Below are positions 13,148 through 26,678 of a stretch of DNA of 64,000 bases, piece by piece. The stretch is from NCBI GenBank assembly GCA_051047955.1, contig JBPGPT010000001.1, forward strand, positions 434,001 to 498,000, written 5' to 3'. A model generated the notes under the pieces. It was not told the origin of the DNA. It did no database searches and saw nothing but the letters and a program-made list of their open reading frames with translations. The position numbers and the translations under genes were made by a program. This DNA is from Cystobasidiomycetes sp. EMM_F5. Its lineage: Eukaryota. Numbering within the stretch: the stretch's first letter is position 1; every line of letters starts with the position of its first letter.

Positions 13148-15136
13148 ATGGCAGATAAATCCTCCATTGATGCCACGGCGCTGGCGATGACGCTGCAGCT
13201 GAGACTGCGTCTAGCATCACGGCCTACCGCCCTGCAAAGTCACGACAAGCAATTCTCCGAAGCTGATGCACGTCATCTGGCAGCACGTTTTTCGCGTACA
13301 GATCTACTGCAAACCGCTCCCACCGACCCGCAATGGCTCAACTTTGCGCAGCAACTAAGGAACTTGGATAAAGAGACTGACCGGTATGAAGATCCGCGTC
13401 TCCACGCAATGGCGTTGGATCTGATACCCTTCGAGGCGCTACATGACCGAGCCGACGCTATTCAAAAGAGCAGTAAGATGTGCTTACAGGCGTGCTGTCG
13501 GCAGCGTCTGATGACACAATCTACTCAGATCCGACTCTCGAGTTTCAAGATGCGCTCATTGACGCGCTCGTCGTATGGGCAAAAAGGGACTTCTTGCATT
13601 GGGTAGATCCGATAAAGTGTTCAATCTGTTCTCAAAAGTGCGAACCTGTCGGAGCCGATAACCCTACACTCGAAGAGCGCCGCAATGGAGGTGCAGGTCG
13701 TGTGGAGCTTCACGGCTGCCCAATCGGCCACATCCACCGCTTCCCTCGGTATTCACACCTCGACAAACTTTTACAGACCCGGACAGGACGCTGTGGAGAG
13801 TTTGCTGCAATCTTCATGCTCCTGCTTCGGGCATTGTCTATACGAGCTCGCTACATCTGGAACAGCGAAGACCACGTGTGGAATGAGTATTATTCTGATG
13901 CATTGAAACGCTGGGTGCACCTCGATAGTTGTGAAGGGGCTCGCGACAAGAATTTACTATACGATCGGGGGTGGGGAAAGAAAATGAAGGTGAATTGATG
14001 TGTGCTGCTGTCTTTGTTGTTTCGCTGATGTGCCCATAGTATTGCATAGCTTTCGGCATTGACGGTGCCAGAGATGTGACGCTATCTTACGTTTCGAACT
14101 GGGCAGAGACGCTCTCCCGGAGGAACAGCGGCTGGGAAATATTGCTGACAGATAGCCTTGCAAACATCACGCGAGATCGTCGCAGAGCTTTCGACGCTGA
14201 AGCCTCAACCCGTCTTGTAGAGGAAGACGCAGCGGAAACACATTGGCTAGCAGACATTAGAACACGACTTGAATGCGCAGAGAAGGAGGATCTGTCTGGT
14301 AGGACAAGCGGTACAGTGGAATGGCGACAACAACGACACGAGCTGGGCAAAGCAGGTCAAGCACAGCCTAAGCCAATGTCAAGTGAGCTGTGTATGCTTC
14401 CGTCCTTTGCCGTCTTTCTGATGACTTTGGTGTTATCCCAGAGGGCCGAAAGCTGGGGGACCAAACATCAGTAGGACTCACGCTGAATGGGTCCGCGTCA
14501 TTCGCAGACGGCGAAATCGTTCAATTAACAAAAAACAGGCCGGACCAAGTCGGCAGCGCGATGATGGCTTTGCCGGACGATGTCCGGTCAATGATCATCA
14601 CCTTCTCTTTTCGTATCACCGGCCACGGCGCCGACGGCATGGCCTGCGTTCTGCATTCGGCTGCGGCGGGCGTAAAAGCGTTGGGTACCGGTGGTTGTGA
14701 ACTCGGTTACGGCGGAATCCCACATTCGGTCGCGATTGAGATAGATACATACCGCACGCAAGATTTCTGCGATGATCCGCCTACCCCACACATATCTGTT
14801 CATACAGTGGGGGCCAGTCCGAACAGTGCGCACCACAAGCATAGTCTGTGGTGTTCTCCGCCCGGTTCAATGCCGCCCTTCAACGATGGTCAGGTATATA
14901 GCATCAAACTTGAGATTTCGGCAATTCGCAGCGTGTCGGTGTGGTTGACAGACTCCATATCCTCGTCCAGGGAAGACTGGGTATGCTTAACGCAGGATCC
15001 CATAGCTTTACCGGGTTTGGAGAACTTCCAATACATCGGCTGGACGGCGGCTACTGGCGGGCTGCATCAATCACACGAATTGATCTCGTTTGGTATATAC
15101 GAGGCCGATGAGCAGGACGATACCGTTCCGCAGTAG
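13148..15136 (+). CDS. PNG1: Peptide:N-glycanase (transglutaminase-like) with C-terminal legume-type (L-type) lectin domain
   Basis: RFPRY, TRTGRCGEFA (catalytic Cys), EDHVWNE (His), WVHLDSCE (Asp), GWGKKM; intron 14383-14441 joins in frame to LNGSA..GADGMACV..LGYGGIPHSVAIEIDTY..YIGWTAATGG. Confidence 0.92.
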
Positions 15137-16051
15137 CGGGGGAGCGTAAGAGGCCGGTCTGACAACCCGCTTTGGCCGTTGTAGCTGCAAGCGTGAAGCT
15201 TCCCGTGTGTATTCTCGTTGACGGAGGCGCCCATTCCCGAGCTTTATCTTTCGGATTACTGCACCGTATTCTTATGCCGGACCGGGTCTCTGCTCTTCCC
15301 GATTTTAAGCAACACAAGAGAGCTTTGGCAGCCTCGTTCCGATTAGTGAATGCAAGATCCGCTGCTGTGCATATCAGAAGGGCTGCACATTGCTATGGGA
15401 ACGGTCAGAGTAATCGAAACGCTACAAATACTCTGAATAAAGTCGAGGCGTGGCGTTGTGAGGAAGCGGGAGATAATTGGAGCTTGGAAGCCTTTACGAG
15501 ACTTGGAGTCTCCTCGCAACGTGTTCAATCTTGTACGTGCGAGGGATATTACTTCGCGCATGCTATCCAATCCTTCAGGTTTGGAGTGATACTGACAAAT
15601 CGCCGCATCCAAGGTTATTGCCTGCCAGAAGATATTCGCATTCGCCGTCGCATCTACGCCAGTCGCATTCGCGCTGACAGGTTTCAGCCGATTATGGAAA
15701 CACAGACAGGACCGAGAGCTGAGCGGCCGACGTCGGAGACCAGAAGACAAATTTCGTGCACATCAGCAGCACGATTCTGTGGTCAGAACGTGTGACCTGC
15801 CATCAGCGTAGATACGTCAGCCGGGATACTATTTGCTGTCGGTCTTGAGCTTTATGCCAGCAGGTCCTATAAGCGGCCGCGGGCAAAGCGAGAGAGAAAG
15901 ATGGGAACCAGAACCGCACAAAGAGAGGAGGCAGAATAGGGAAGCAAACACTCAAGAGGGCCATGGGTGCGACGGGAAGGAAGTGATGAGAACGTCGAGA
16001 GATTTGGGTGGAAACCATGTATGCGCTTGTCAGCCCCCCTCACATATCGAG

Positions 16052-16132
16052 GCATCAGTGGTTCAACGGTAGAATTGGTCGTTGCCATCCTGTTACATCG
16101 ACTAGACCAGGGTTCGACTCCCTGCTGATGCA
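16052..16132 (+). tRNA. tRNA-Gly (anticodon GCC) with ~10-nt intron (16088-16097)
   Basis: Acceptor stem GCATCAG/CTGATGC, D arm GTTC..GAAT, anticodon arm GGTCG-TTGCCA(T)-CGACT, T loop GGTTCGACTCC; followed by a T8 Pol III terminator. Confidence 0.95.
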
Positions 16133-16134
16133 AC

Positions 16135-16142
16135 TTTTTTTT
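16135..16142 (+). terminator. RNA polymerase III oligo-T terminator
   Basis: TTTTTTTT immediately after tRNA-Gly. Confidence 0.8.
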
Positions 16143-16373
16143 GATCTTTCGATACATTCTTGGCTGTGCCAGTCGCGAGTCTTTTTGCTGATTATTCTTG
16201 CACCTACTGTTCCGTCGAATGGCCAAATACTCAGCACAAGTTCATCGAAAACCCCACGTCCGCCGAGCCACTTGACGCAGCCCTTGCTGTGTATTCTATT
16301 CCCATAGACGATTATCGTGATACACCGAGGAAGCGCGCGACAAACGTGATCCATCCAAATAAACTAAACGACG

Positions 16374-17348
16374 ATGTCATTCGAGGAGCCGCCAACCTTA
16401 CGCAACGGCTATGGGCTGTTCAATTCGACGTGGCCGTCTAGTAGCGCGGCGGCTGCAGCTGCGAGAGCTAAAGCGATGAGAGATCCGATGGAGGACGACG
16501 AGTATTTGACCTTGGTCTGGCAGGGCGAAGAGTGCGGACAAGCTCCACGTATGCGTGTATACATTGGACTCATGACGTGTGCTCAGATACAAGATAAAGC
16601 TACCGAATCCCGAAGAACCGCTATCTGTCCTTAGGAAGGCGATTGATGAGCGGACCGGTGTTGCGCCAGAGCATCAGAAACTCTTAATGCGCGGCGTGAT
16701 GTTACGCAAAGGTGCGCTATGACTTCCTCAGCCCAGTAGCTCCCATCCAAGCTGAGTGATTGTCAAATAGATCTCCCCTTGAAAACATACGGCCTAGTTC
16801 GACCTTCTCAAGCTGACGAGTATGGACTGAAGGACGAATACGATGAAGATGGGCCGAGACCTCCCAACTCGTCGATTCAGAAAGTGCTGGGGAAGTGGGG
16901 CCTAGGCAATACACCCTTTGCGACAGGAAAGCGACCTCGGCAGCTCAAGCTTACGTTAATCGGCAGTCCGGCGACCAATGCAGTTGTGGTCGACCACTTG
17001 CATGCTTCAACTTCCTCGATACAGAAAGGGTCGCGGCCTGAACACAATTTACCAAACATGGCGCCGATGAGTCAGGTTGCATCGGAAGCTACTATCACTG
17101 CCCAGATCAAGCAGCTTCTCGACAAGGCCTCAGCAGACTCTCAAGCCCATATGGACTCTCTGTCTTCCGAAACACCGCAAAAGACACTACTCTATCTGTC
17201 TGAAATACTGTTGCAGACAATGCTCAAGCTAGACAGTCTAGACATTGATCCCTCATGGCAGGAAGCCCGCAAAGCACGCAAAGAAGGTATCAAGAGTATA
17301 CAAGCTCGACTAGATCAAGTAGACGCCGTCAAGGACGCCAAGCAGTAG
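16374..17348 (+). CDS. BAG-domain Hsp70 co-chaperone with N-terminal ubiquitin-like domain (BAG1-like)
   Basis: Ubl-like LSVLRKAIDERTGVAPEHQKLLMRG..L..DLPLKTYGL; BAG helix LSEILLQTMLKLDSLD...ARKARKEGIKSIQARLDQVD. Confidence 0.88.
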
Positions 17349-17711
17349 TCTCATGTATCCGTAGTCTCTTTCCAATCAGGGTATCTTATCACTGTTGTGT
17401 CCTGCTATACAATCGCCGACCCTACTTTGTAACGCACCATCGCGCTGCGGTCAAGCTTACGTTTATCGACTTTGTTGCAGGCAATTTGATCCGTAACGGA
17501 GCGCAGCATAGCCCGATTAAGCGTACAACACAGAATACGACTCCACCATAGATTCTGCCACCAGCACAACAAGATTGTCGCTTTCCGACGGAAGCGTCCG
17601 TACAACATAAGAGGACGAAATATCAAGAGCTGAGAGTGTACCATATCAAGCAGTGAAAGCAAGCTTTGGCAGCGGGGAAAACGGTCATGAGTTTCTGCCA
17701 AAAGACGCCAA

Positions 17712-18621
<910 letters not shown>

Positions 18622-19114
18622 GATGACTGGCTGCTAAGAGTAAGTGGTGCTTGGAGTTCGGCAGGCCTGTTTGTTGGGTATCTGTATCGTGCTGGTTCTG
18701 TTGTTTCGTCCAGCCGCAATATGGAACAATTGCCAATTGCAGACAGCCAGAAAAGAGCGTGGGCGAGCTGGCAGTAGCTGATAAGACAGCAGTACGTCCA
18801 GTAGCGCAGCTTGTCGACAGATTATCGCCCGCTGGGTCCAGTTTGCAACAAGCAGAGTGCCGCACGCGCCCCTTGCGCGCAAATGGGCTTTGATCATCTG
18901 AATGGGCCGACAGCATCAGAGTGCTGTTTCGCGATAATCTATGCTGGAACATAACAGCTACTTCAAGCAGACGCTCCTCATACGCTTACAACAACAGTCG
19001 ACTAACGCCCGGAAGGTCTGAAACTACCCTACTGAAAGCGAAACCTAGCTGAACCACCTTCTCCGCTGGGGAGCTGATACTCCTTCATGCTCAAACAGAC
19101 ACAGTCTGTCCAGG

Positions 19115-20572
19115 TCAACGACCCGCGAGAGACATTCCGGGCAGCTCCGCAAACACTGGTCGAGCTTTCGTTATAGCTTGCTTGATTCGTGAGATGTCGG
19201 CTGTCGATGAGCAAGTGAAAGGTGAGGCAGAGGCAATTCAGTCTTCTCATTAGGCTCATTGTCGAAGCCACTCACATATGTCTTGACTGTTGCTCACCAC
19301 TAGTATGTATGTTTTTGCGTTGAAAGTATCAAAGAGCAATGTGTACGTATGCTGATTGACTTCCATCGTTTGAAACTCCGCTTTCAATCGCCTGGGAATC
19401 CCTCTGTCAGATCCCTTAAGAAGCAAGCCGCTTGAGGACTCACTTGCAACCCAGTCTAAACAACTTGATAGCCTGCGCAATTTTCGCACAGCGGTCCTCT
19501 GGCCACTCGGACTCTGGCTCATCCGCTCTGTCGCCATTGAGCTTCTGCAACTGGTGCTGATCACTCAGAGCCTGCCCTTGCGCATCCCCATTTGTGATTG
19601 CTGCAGTATGCTTGGATCGACTCTGACTGACTACCAACAATGTCGTCCGCTCGAATAGCACCACTTCACTTGCCCCGATGACATCGGAGAAGCGACTCAA
19701 GTACTTGGAAAGTTGCGTGACGTGCGGATTGAGCGTAGATACAATTTCGGACCATGCCTGATTCGCAGCGTCAGTAGCTTTCGCACATCGTGGGAAGAGA
19801 TTGGTTCCATGCCCACCGTGTACAAAGTCTCGTTGTATATGCTCGTAGCGAAGATCTGCACCCTTTCGAAACCTGCAGCTTTGCATTTTGCTCTTGCTTC
19901 AACAGCCCTCTGCTCGTACACGTGTTGCCGCTCCCCAGACTCCACAAGGTCCATCTTGTGCAGTAAGATATGTACTCTTGGACCGCTCTCCCCCGATATG
20001 CTGTGTTCACCGTCACTATTCTCCTCGCTGCTATCTTCGTCATCCCGCTGTCGTTGTTTTGACCGTGAAGCGACTCCAATACCGGATCCAGCCTGTAAGG
20101 CGTCGAGTATATTGCCAAAGTATACCAGATCAGACGCGGTGGTCTTCTGTACGTCAAATATGTAAATCAGGGTGTGAACTTGGGCGAATATGGTGTTTCG
20201 CCGTCCATCGAGATATTGATCCATGAATGCTAGAGCAGATAGAATGAGCTGTTTCGACATCAGTTGGTGGGAATACTGAAGCTATGTACGCACACTGTTG
20301 TCCACCACAATCCCACAGGTCCAGCTGGAGGTCACCCCAAAACCGGACGGTGGAGTTATTGACATCGATAGTCGCGCCGAAAGTTGTCGTCTGGCGTGCA
20401 ACAACGTTGTCGAATATGATTGCCCTCATGCTCGTCTTGCCGGCGCCAGACCTGCCCATCAGCAGGACCTGTCGATAACGAGATCAGTACATTGGATTCC
20501 CAGACGATTGCAAACATATATCGGATAAGGTGCTGGCCGAGTCGACAGCTTCAGACTAACTTTGCGTTTCAT
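19115..20572 (-). CDS. GTR1: Rag GTPase RagA/Gtr1
   Basis: [73 protein letters not shown]. Confidence 0.92.
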
Positions 20573-20702
20573 GATGCTTGGATTTTGTCAGTGTTGGCGA
20601 TAGTGCATGCTTTCCGTGCCGTTGACGGCGTCACTAGCTTTGATCGAAACGACAGTACACGAGCTGATTGCAGACTCCGACGCTGCCTTGAGTTCAATCA
20701 TT

Positions 20703-22077
<1,375 letters not shown>

Positions 22078-22271
22078 CAAGACAATGCCCCTATGGCCCA
22101 GAGACACTTATGGCATTCCATAAAACACCACAATCATCGAGCAGCGTGAACAACGGAGTTGCTCAAGGTTTGGCTTATTTCTACATGGGTATGGAAAGTT
22201 TATTGCTTCTTTTCGAGGATTGGCTTCGCATTGCCTACCTGCAGACGGGATCATGCAGTGGTAGATCCTTT

Positions 22272-22860
22272 TCACTTGTGCAGGATATGCTTTGCCTTGT
22301 CGACAAGGCTTTCCTTGTGCTCTGCAAATCAAACAAAACAAACCTTTTTCAGCCAACTTTCCACATATGAGAAGCGGTCAATGTACGCACCTGCCCCTTT
22401 TGTATTGCCATCAGTGTGCGAAGTGCTACCAGCGTGACTGGGAGCAGCGGGTGTTGCGCCAGTCGCAGCTCCAGCGGGGGCTGCTGCCGAGGCGGCATCG
22501 TCGCTCTTGCCGTCGGTGTTGAGATGCTGCGTGACTCCCCAGTCCTTCTCTGGCTTCTTTGCGATCTCTGCGTCCAGCTGGTCCTTCAGATCCGAGTGGA
22601 TAGCACCTTCTTTCGGTCCCTTATTACCGAGGTGGGGAATGTCATCTTCCTTTTTGCTGTCAGACTGGTCGCCCTTCATGTTGGCGTGGTTGCTGGCACC
22701 TGCACCTGGACACATTCCCAGCATATAGCATGCGTGCGTTAGCTGTGACCGTTTGTAGCATCGCTAGCCAAGCTGCTGATGTCGACACACCTGCGGGAAG
22801 CTCGGGCTTCGGGGGAACCGCCGGGTCGGATTGCGCTTGCGGAGTATTGGAAGCTTGCAT
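22272..22860 (-). CDS. Small hydrophilic hypothetical protein (stress-protein-like composition)
   Basis: Three plausible exons MQASNTPQ.. / ..GAGASNHANMKGD.. / EHKESLVDKAKHILHK*; no recognised domain. Confidence 0.55.
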
Positions 22861-23371
22861 CGTCGTTGTTGTTCTACTACTTGTTGTGAGTGGAAGAGTA
22901 GATTGTAATTGGTCGCAGTATGGGTATGTCGAAAGATAGGAGGAGCCTGTCAGCGTCGCGTCATGGCATCCCAAAAATAGGGGCTTCGGCCGGACGACAC
23001 TTGCAGACAGCAGTCTTTAGATGCAAACTATGCTGTGCAATAATCACAATCACAATCGAATACACTCATACATTTATACATCTTCGTTGTGCAGTCGGGA
23101 GTAGCAGACTTTGGAGCATGATACTGTCCATCTTATCACTGTCTAGAAAGTCGTACTTTTGCGGAGACCGGATGGAAGCAAGACCGGAGGCTTGTCGCCG
23201 ACTGCGCAGGGCATGTTGTAGTCGGCGTGATTTACTGTGATGCACATTGGACCGCCGTTAGACCGCTGACGACGACACAATGAGTTGTTCTTACGTCTGG
23301 AAATGATTGTAAACGACGTCAAATCAGTTCGAGTACGCCATAAGGTCATGCTTCGACTCAGCCAGTGCGCA

Positions 23372-23911
23372 TCACAGCGTTCTACGCGCGACCAACGCGT
23401 AGGTAGGTTCTGGTCGCTGGCCTATCACTCCGGCATTCGGTCGTCGCGGAGATCTATTTCGCTCACTGACGGAGCCTGCTAGTAGCTTATTACTTGGCGG
23501 ACCGATAGCTCCCGGGACACGCCCCCACTTGGGAGGCAACTCTTCGCTCCCTTCTCGCAGCTGCTGTCGCATCTTTGCGCCAGGAGATAACGATCGATGA
23601 GTTGAGCCGGCCGCATTGCTGGAAGAGGCAGGCCGGAACGCTGGTACTGCTGGATTAAATCCGCTGAATGTAGCAGTACGAATAGGAGTGCGCGGGCGGG
23701 CCCCCTGAGGATTGGGAGGTTCAGTCATCCGACGTTGTAAGCTGTTTGTTTAGAACAAGGTTATCGAAGTCAGCAACAGCTTGGAACATATCAAAGACAC
23801 AGTAAACACTGCTTACGTTTTCTCGCCCGACATTCTACTGTGTAACGGAATAGACAGGGTCCTATTGTGACGCAGGTGAGTCAGTATGGCTAGTATATCA
23901 AGCCATATCAT
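23372..23911 (-). CDS. Orphan small-protein family, paralog 1 (PAM2-like motif, LQRR site)
   Basis: Exon ..TLSIPLHSRMSGEK(T), phase-2 intron, then LQRRMTEP..RTATFSGFNPAVPAFRP..LLAGS..RPNAGVIG..TYALVARRTL*; homologous to the two neighbours; 5' end uncertain. Confidence 0.65.
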
Positions 23912-24494
23912 ACGCCTCGCATGCCTAGGTAATTAGCAGGTAGGGATCATGGGTGGGCCTCCAGTGTTGTGTGGGCAAAAGAGCGAAGAGACAGGCTCTC
24001 CGTAGCATCGCCGTATGCATGTCAATGCAGATTCAGAGTACGATCAGTTGGTGCGGTGCTCGGCACAGAAAGTCGCACCAACTTGAGATTTGCGGACAGG
24101 ACCCGGTGCTGGATGCGCAACTCAGATTGCGGGAAAGGTGTGTGATGGATCAGAGTAGGAACAGGAAAGACTCACGAAATATACTGAACTAATCTGCAGC
24201 TATCCTAACATTGCAAGAGGTGAAATGGGACTAAACGAAATGTAATCAGATGAGCCCCGCTGGAGTCAAACACATGGCCGGCGTTCGCGAAGGTCACCTT
24301 GGCGTGTAATTCAGCTGAGGGTACGAGGACTGTTTGCTACCCACGTAATGGCAACCTGGGTCGATGACTCACTAAACTGAATTCACGACTTATGGATTCT
24401 CATGATACGGCGACTGGTACACACTTACTGCTTAGCTACCTCAACTCAGGTCGGCGGCCGGTATCGGGTCACGCTACGATTCAGTTAGGAGGAA

Positions 24495-25201
24495 TCACTG
24501 CGTGCTACGTGCTACCAATGCATAGTTGACAGATCGAGAGTTGCGCTTGTCGCCTATCACCCCAGCGTCGGGGCGTGGCGGCGAAGTCTCTCGAGTGGAA
24601 CCTGCTAACAATGCATTTCGCACTACGGCGCGAGGAGAAGGCGTTCGCGGCGGCCGAGCTTGTCCAGATTTTCCGGAAGCACCAGATGGCCAAAGTCGCC
24701 ATCCTTGCGCATTGCTAGAAGGGGTAGGTTGAATGGTTTGTGCAGCAGGATTCAGTCCGCCCTGCGTAGCAGTACGATTAGAATCGGTTGTCCCTCTAAC
24801 TTGGGTACTTGAGGGCTCGGTCGCGCGACGTTGTAAATCACTACTATTTTTTTAACGTCTCGATCGTCAGTGATAGCTTTAACATCATGCGAATTGTACT
24901 TACGGTGTCTGATTGGCGATACCCGCTAGTCGGACATTAAGCGCGCGAAGCCGATCCTGACTGCTGCTGACGCCAGCTTCAGCTGATGTTGTAATAGGAG
25001 AAATGTTAGACTAACGACATGGAGGAGTACGTTCGATGTTTCGTAATATGGCTTTGGCGCACTGGGATAGCGCGGCAACGTGTGAGTCATCGTGCCGAGG
25101 AAAACTACATCGCGTACCGGGTGTGTCAGTGTGATCAGCTGGCAGGCTCCTGTCAGGCGCAGGTTGGTTATCAACGTACAGCAGAGCAAATAGACCAGCA
25201 T
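24495..25201 (-). CDS. Orphan small secreted protein family, paralog 2
   Basis: Four exons: MLVYLLCFFLGTMTHTLPRYP (signal-peptide-like) / EAGVSSSQDRLRALNVRLAGIANQTP / SDLQRRATEP..RTATQGGLNPAAQTIQP..LLAGS..RPDAGVIG..NYALVARSTQ*; GT-AG introns. Confidence 0.7.
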
Positions 25202-25515
25202 GACAGCAATTCATAGTAATGCATAAAGACAAAGCAATACCGCCTTGAGATTTCCGGACGAAAAGTGGGTGGATTCGAGATTGTGTACAGGCTGTGCTTG
25301 CGAAGCGGCAGGACGGCGATGGGAATAACCCCATGTATGGTCGACAATATCAGGGTTGGAGACATTGTACGGGACGTGTATGTTAGTCATGTTAGTCAAG
25401 TTTTCAATCGTGAGAAATGTAGGGTACAATAAAGCGCAGAAGCTAGGCTGGAGACATCCAATCTTCGAATTTCGTACCAGGAACTCACAAGGCTTCATTG
25501 GACGGTAGCCAGATG

Positions 25516-26678
25516 CTACTTTTGTGCTATCTCTGCCCAGGTCGGCACGCGCCGCGGAGGTTGGGAGTGTGGACGACGCCCGCTCCCACTTTCGCTCATC
25601 GAGTTGCGTTGTCTTCGCCGATGAGAGTTCCAACCGTCATAGACCACTTGCCGTTGCGGTGGTACCGCTGTGCCCATATTGACTAGTGGAAGTAGGGCAC
25701 CGGTGTTGTGTCGTAGCTCTTCTCTGAGCCGAGACGGATCTTGAACTCGGGCAATCGCCCCTCCCGTTTTGTCACTGGACAGAGATCTGGGTAGTAAGGG
25801 GTCGGTGCCTTTCCTCAACTCTCGCATGAGAGGACTCGGTTCATGCCTACAGCAAGACGGGCAGGAATTTCAGCTCAAGACCTACGGGATATCAGACATC
25901 GCATACCCTAGATCCCGCATGATCCGCTCTTGGGAGCGTGATGACAGTCTAGTCTGATTGCCTTGTAGGGACGATGTGGGGTTTCGACCGCGAGGTGACG
26001 GCGTACTCGGTAGATTGTTCCACGGCTGAAAATCCGCAACTTCAGGCTTCCAGGGTGTAAATGAGGGAGCAGTAGGGTTGAGTCCCTTTATTCCGGTAGT
26101 CGCAGCTCTAGACAGTCGAGGCGTTGTGCTCCCGCTTGAGCTGCTTGCGCGTGGTGGTGCTCGAATAGGTTCTGTACTCCGACGAGGCAGGTTGGCCCTG
26201 AGAATGAGACCAAATGTAAGGCTCTAATATACAATGAGAAGTTCTGACGGAAGTAAGCACACTTACGCTTCCCATGCTGCGTCTTCCAAGGCCTGATTGA
26301 GAGCTGCGAGCCTGTTTCTGGAGAGGTTGCATGTTTCAGCTGGACAATGTCACACCAGCCAGGGAGGACGAGTGCTTACTCTGACATTGCGTGTGCAGAA
26401 TCTTCCCGAGTCTATTGGTGGTAGAGGTGTGATCAGACCTACATCTGCGCTACAGCATCACACAGAAATGGCATTTTATAGTCGACGTTGGGGATGGTTC
26501 CTTTGTACTTACACGGTACTGCTCTGACAAGAGCATGTAGGGCAGCGGCAGTGTAAGCTGTACAGACAAGGGATACCATGTATTGTTAGCGCGTCAATCC
26601 CGTCAATCTAAGGTCAGAGCCAGAGTCATAACGGAGCAAAGGCAAGCAGCAGGATTTGTTAGTAATGTGAGGCATCAT
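25516..26678 (-). CDS. Orphan small secreted protein family, paralog 3 (strong PAM2-like motif)
   Basis: Exons ..NRLAALNQALEDAAWEA / ANLPRRSTEP..IKGLNPTAPSFTPWKPEVADFQPW..MRDLG / HEPSPLMRELRKG..RRVPTWAEIAQK*; upstream exons MMPHITNKSCCLPLL / YTAAALHALVRAVP are signal-like, but 5' splicing is uncertain (alternative ATG 26387). Confidence 0.65.

Noticed and set aside
15051..15803. Minus-strand ORFs 15343-15750 and 15051-15317 as a gene
   Set aside because: No recognisable domain, unclear start, and it would overlap the PNG1 3' end; cannot be supported, though not excluded
26072..26082. TAGGGTTG as a telomerase RNA template or a structured ncRNA in an apparently gene-free region
   Set aside because: It does not match a full TAACCCTAA template and is explained as codons of the LNPT motif in orphan paralog 3
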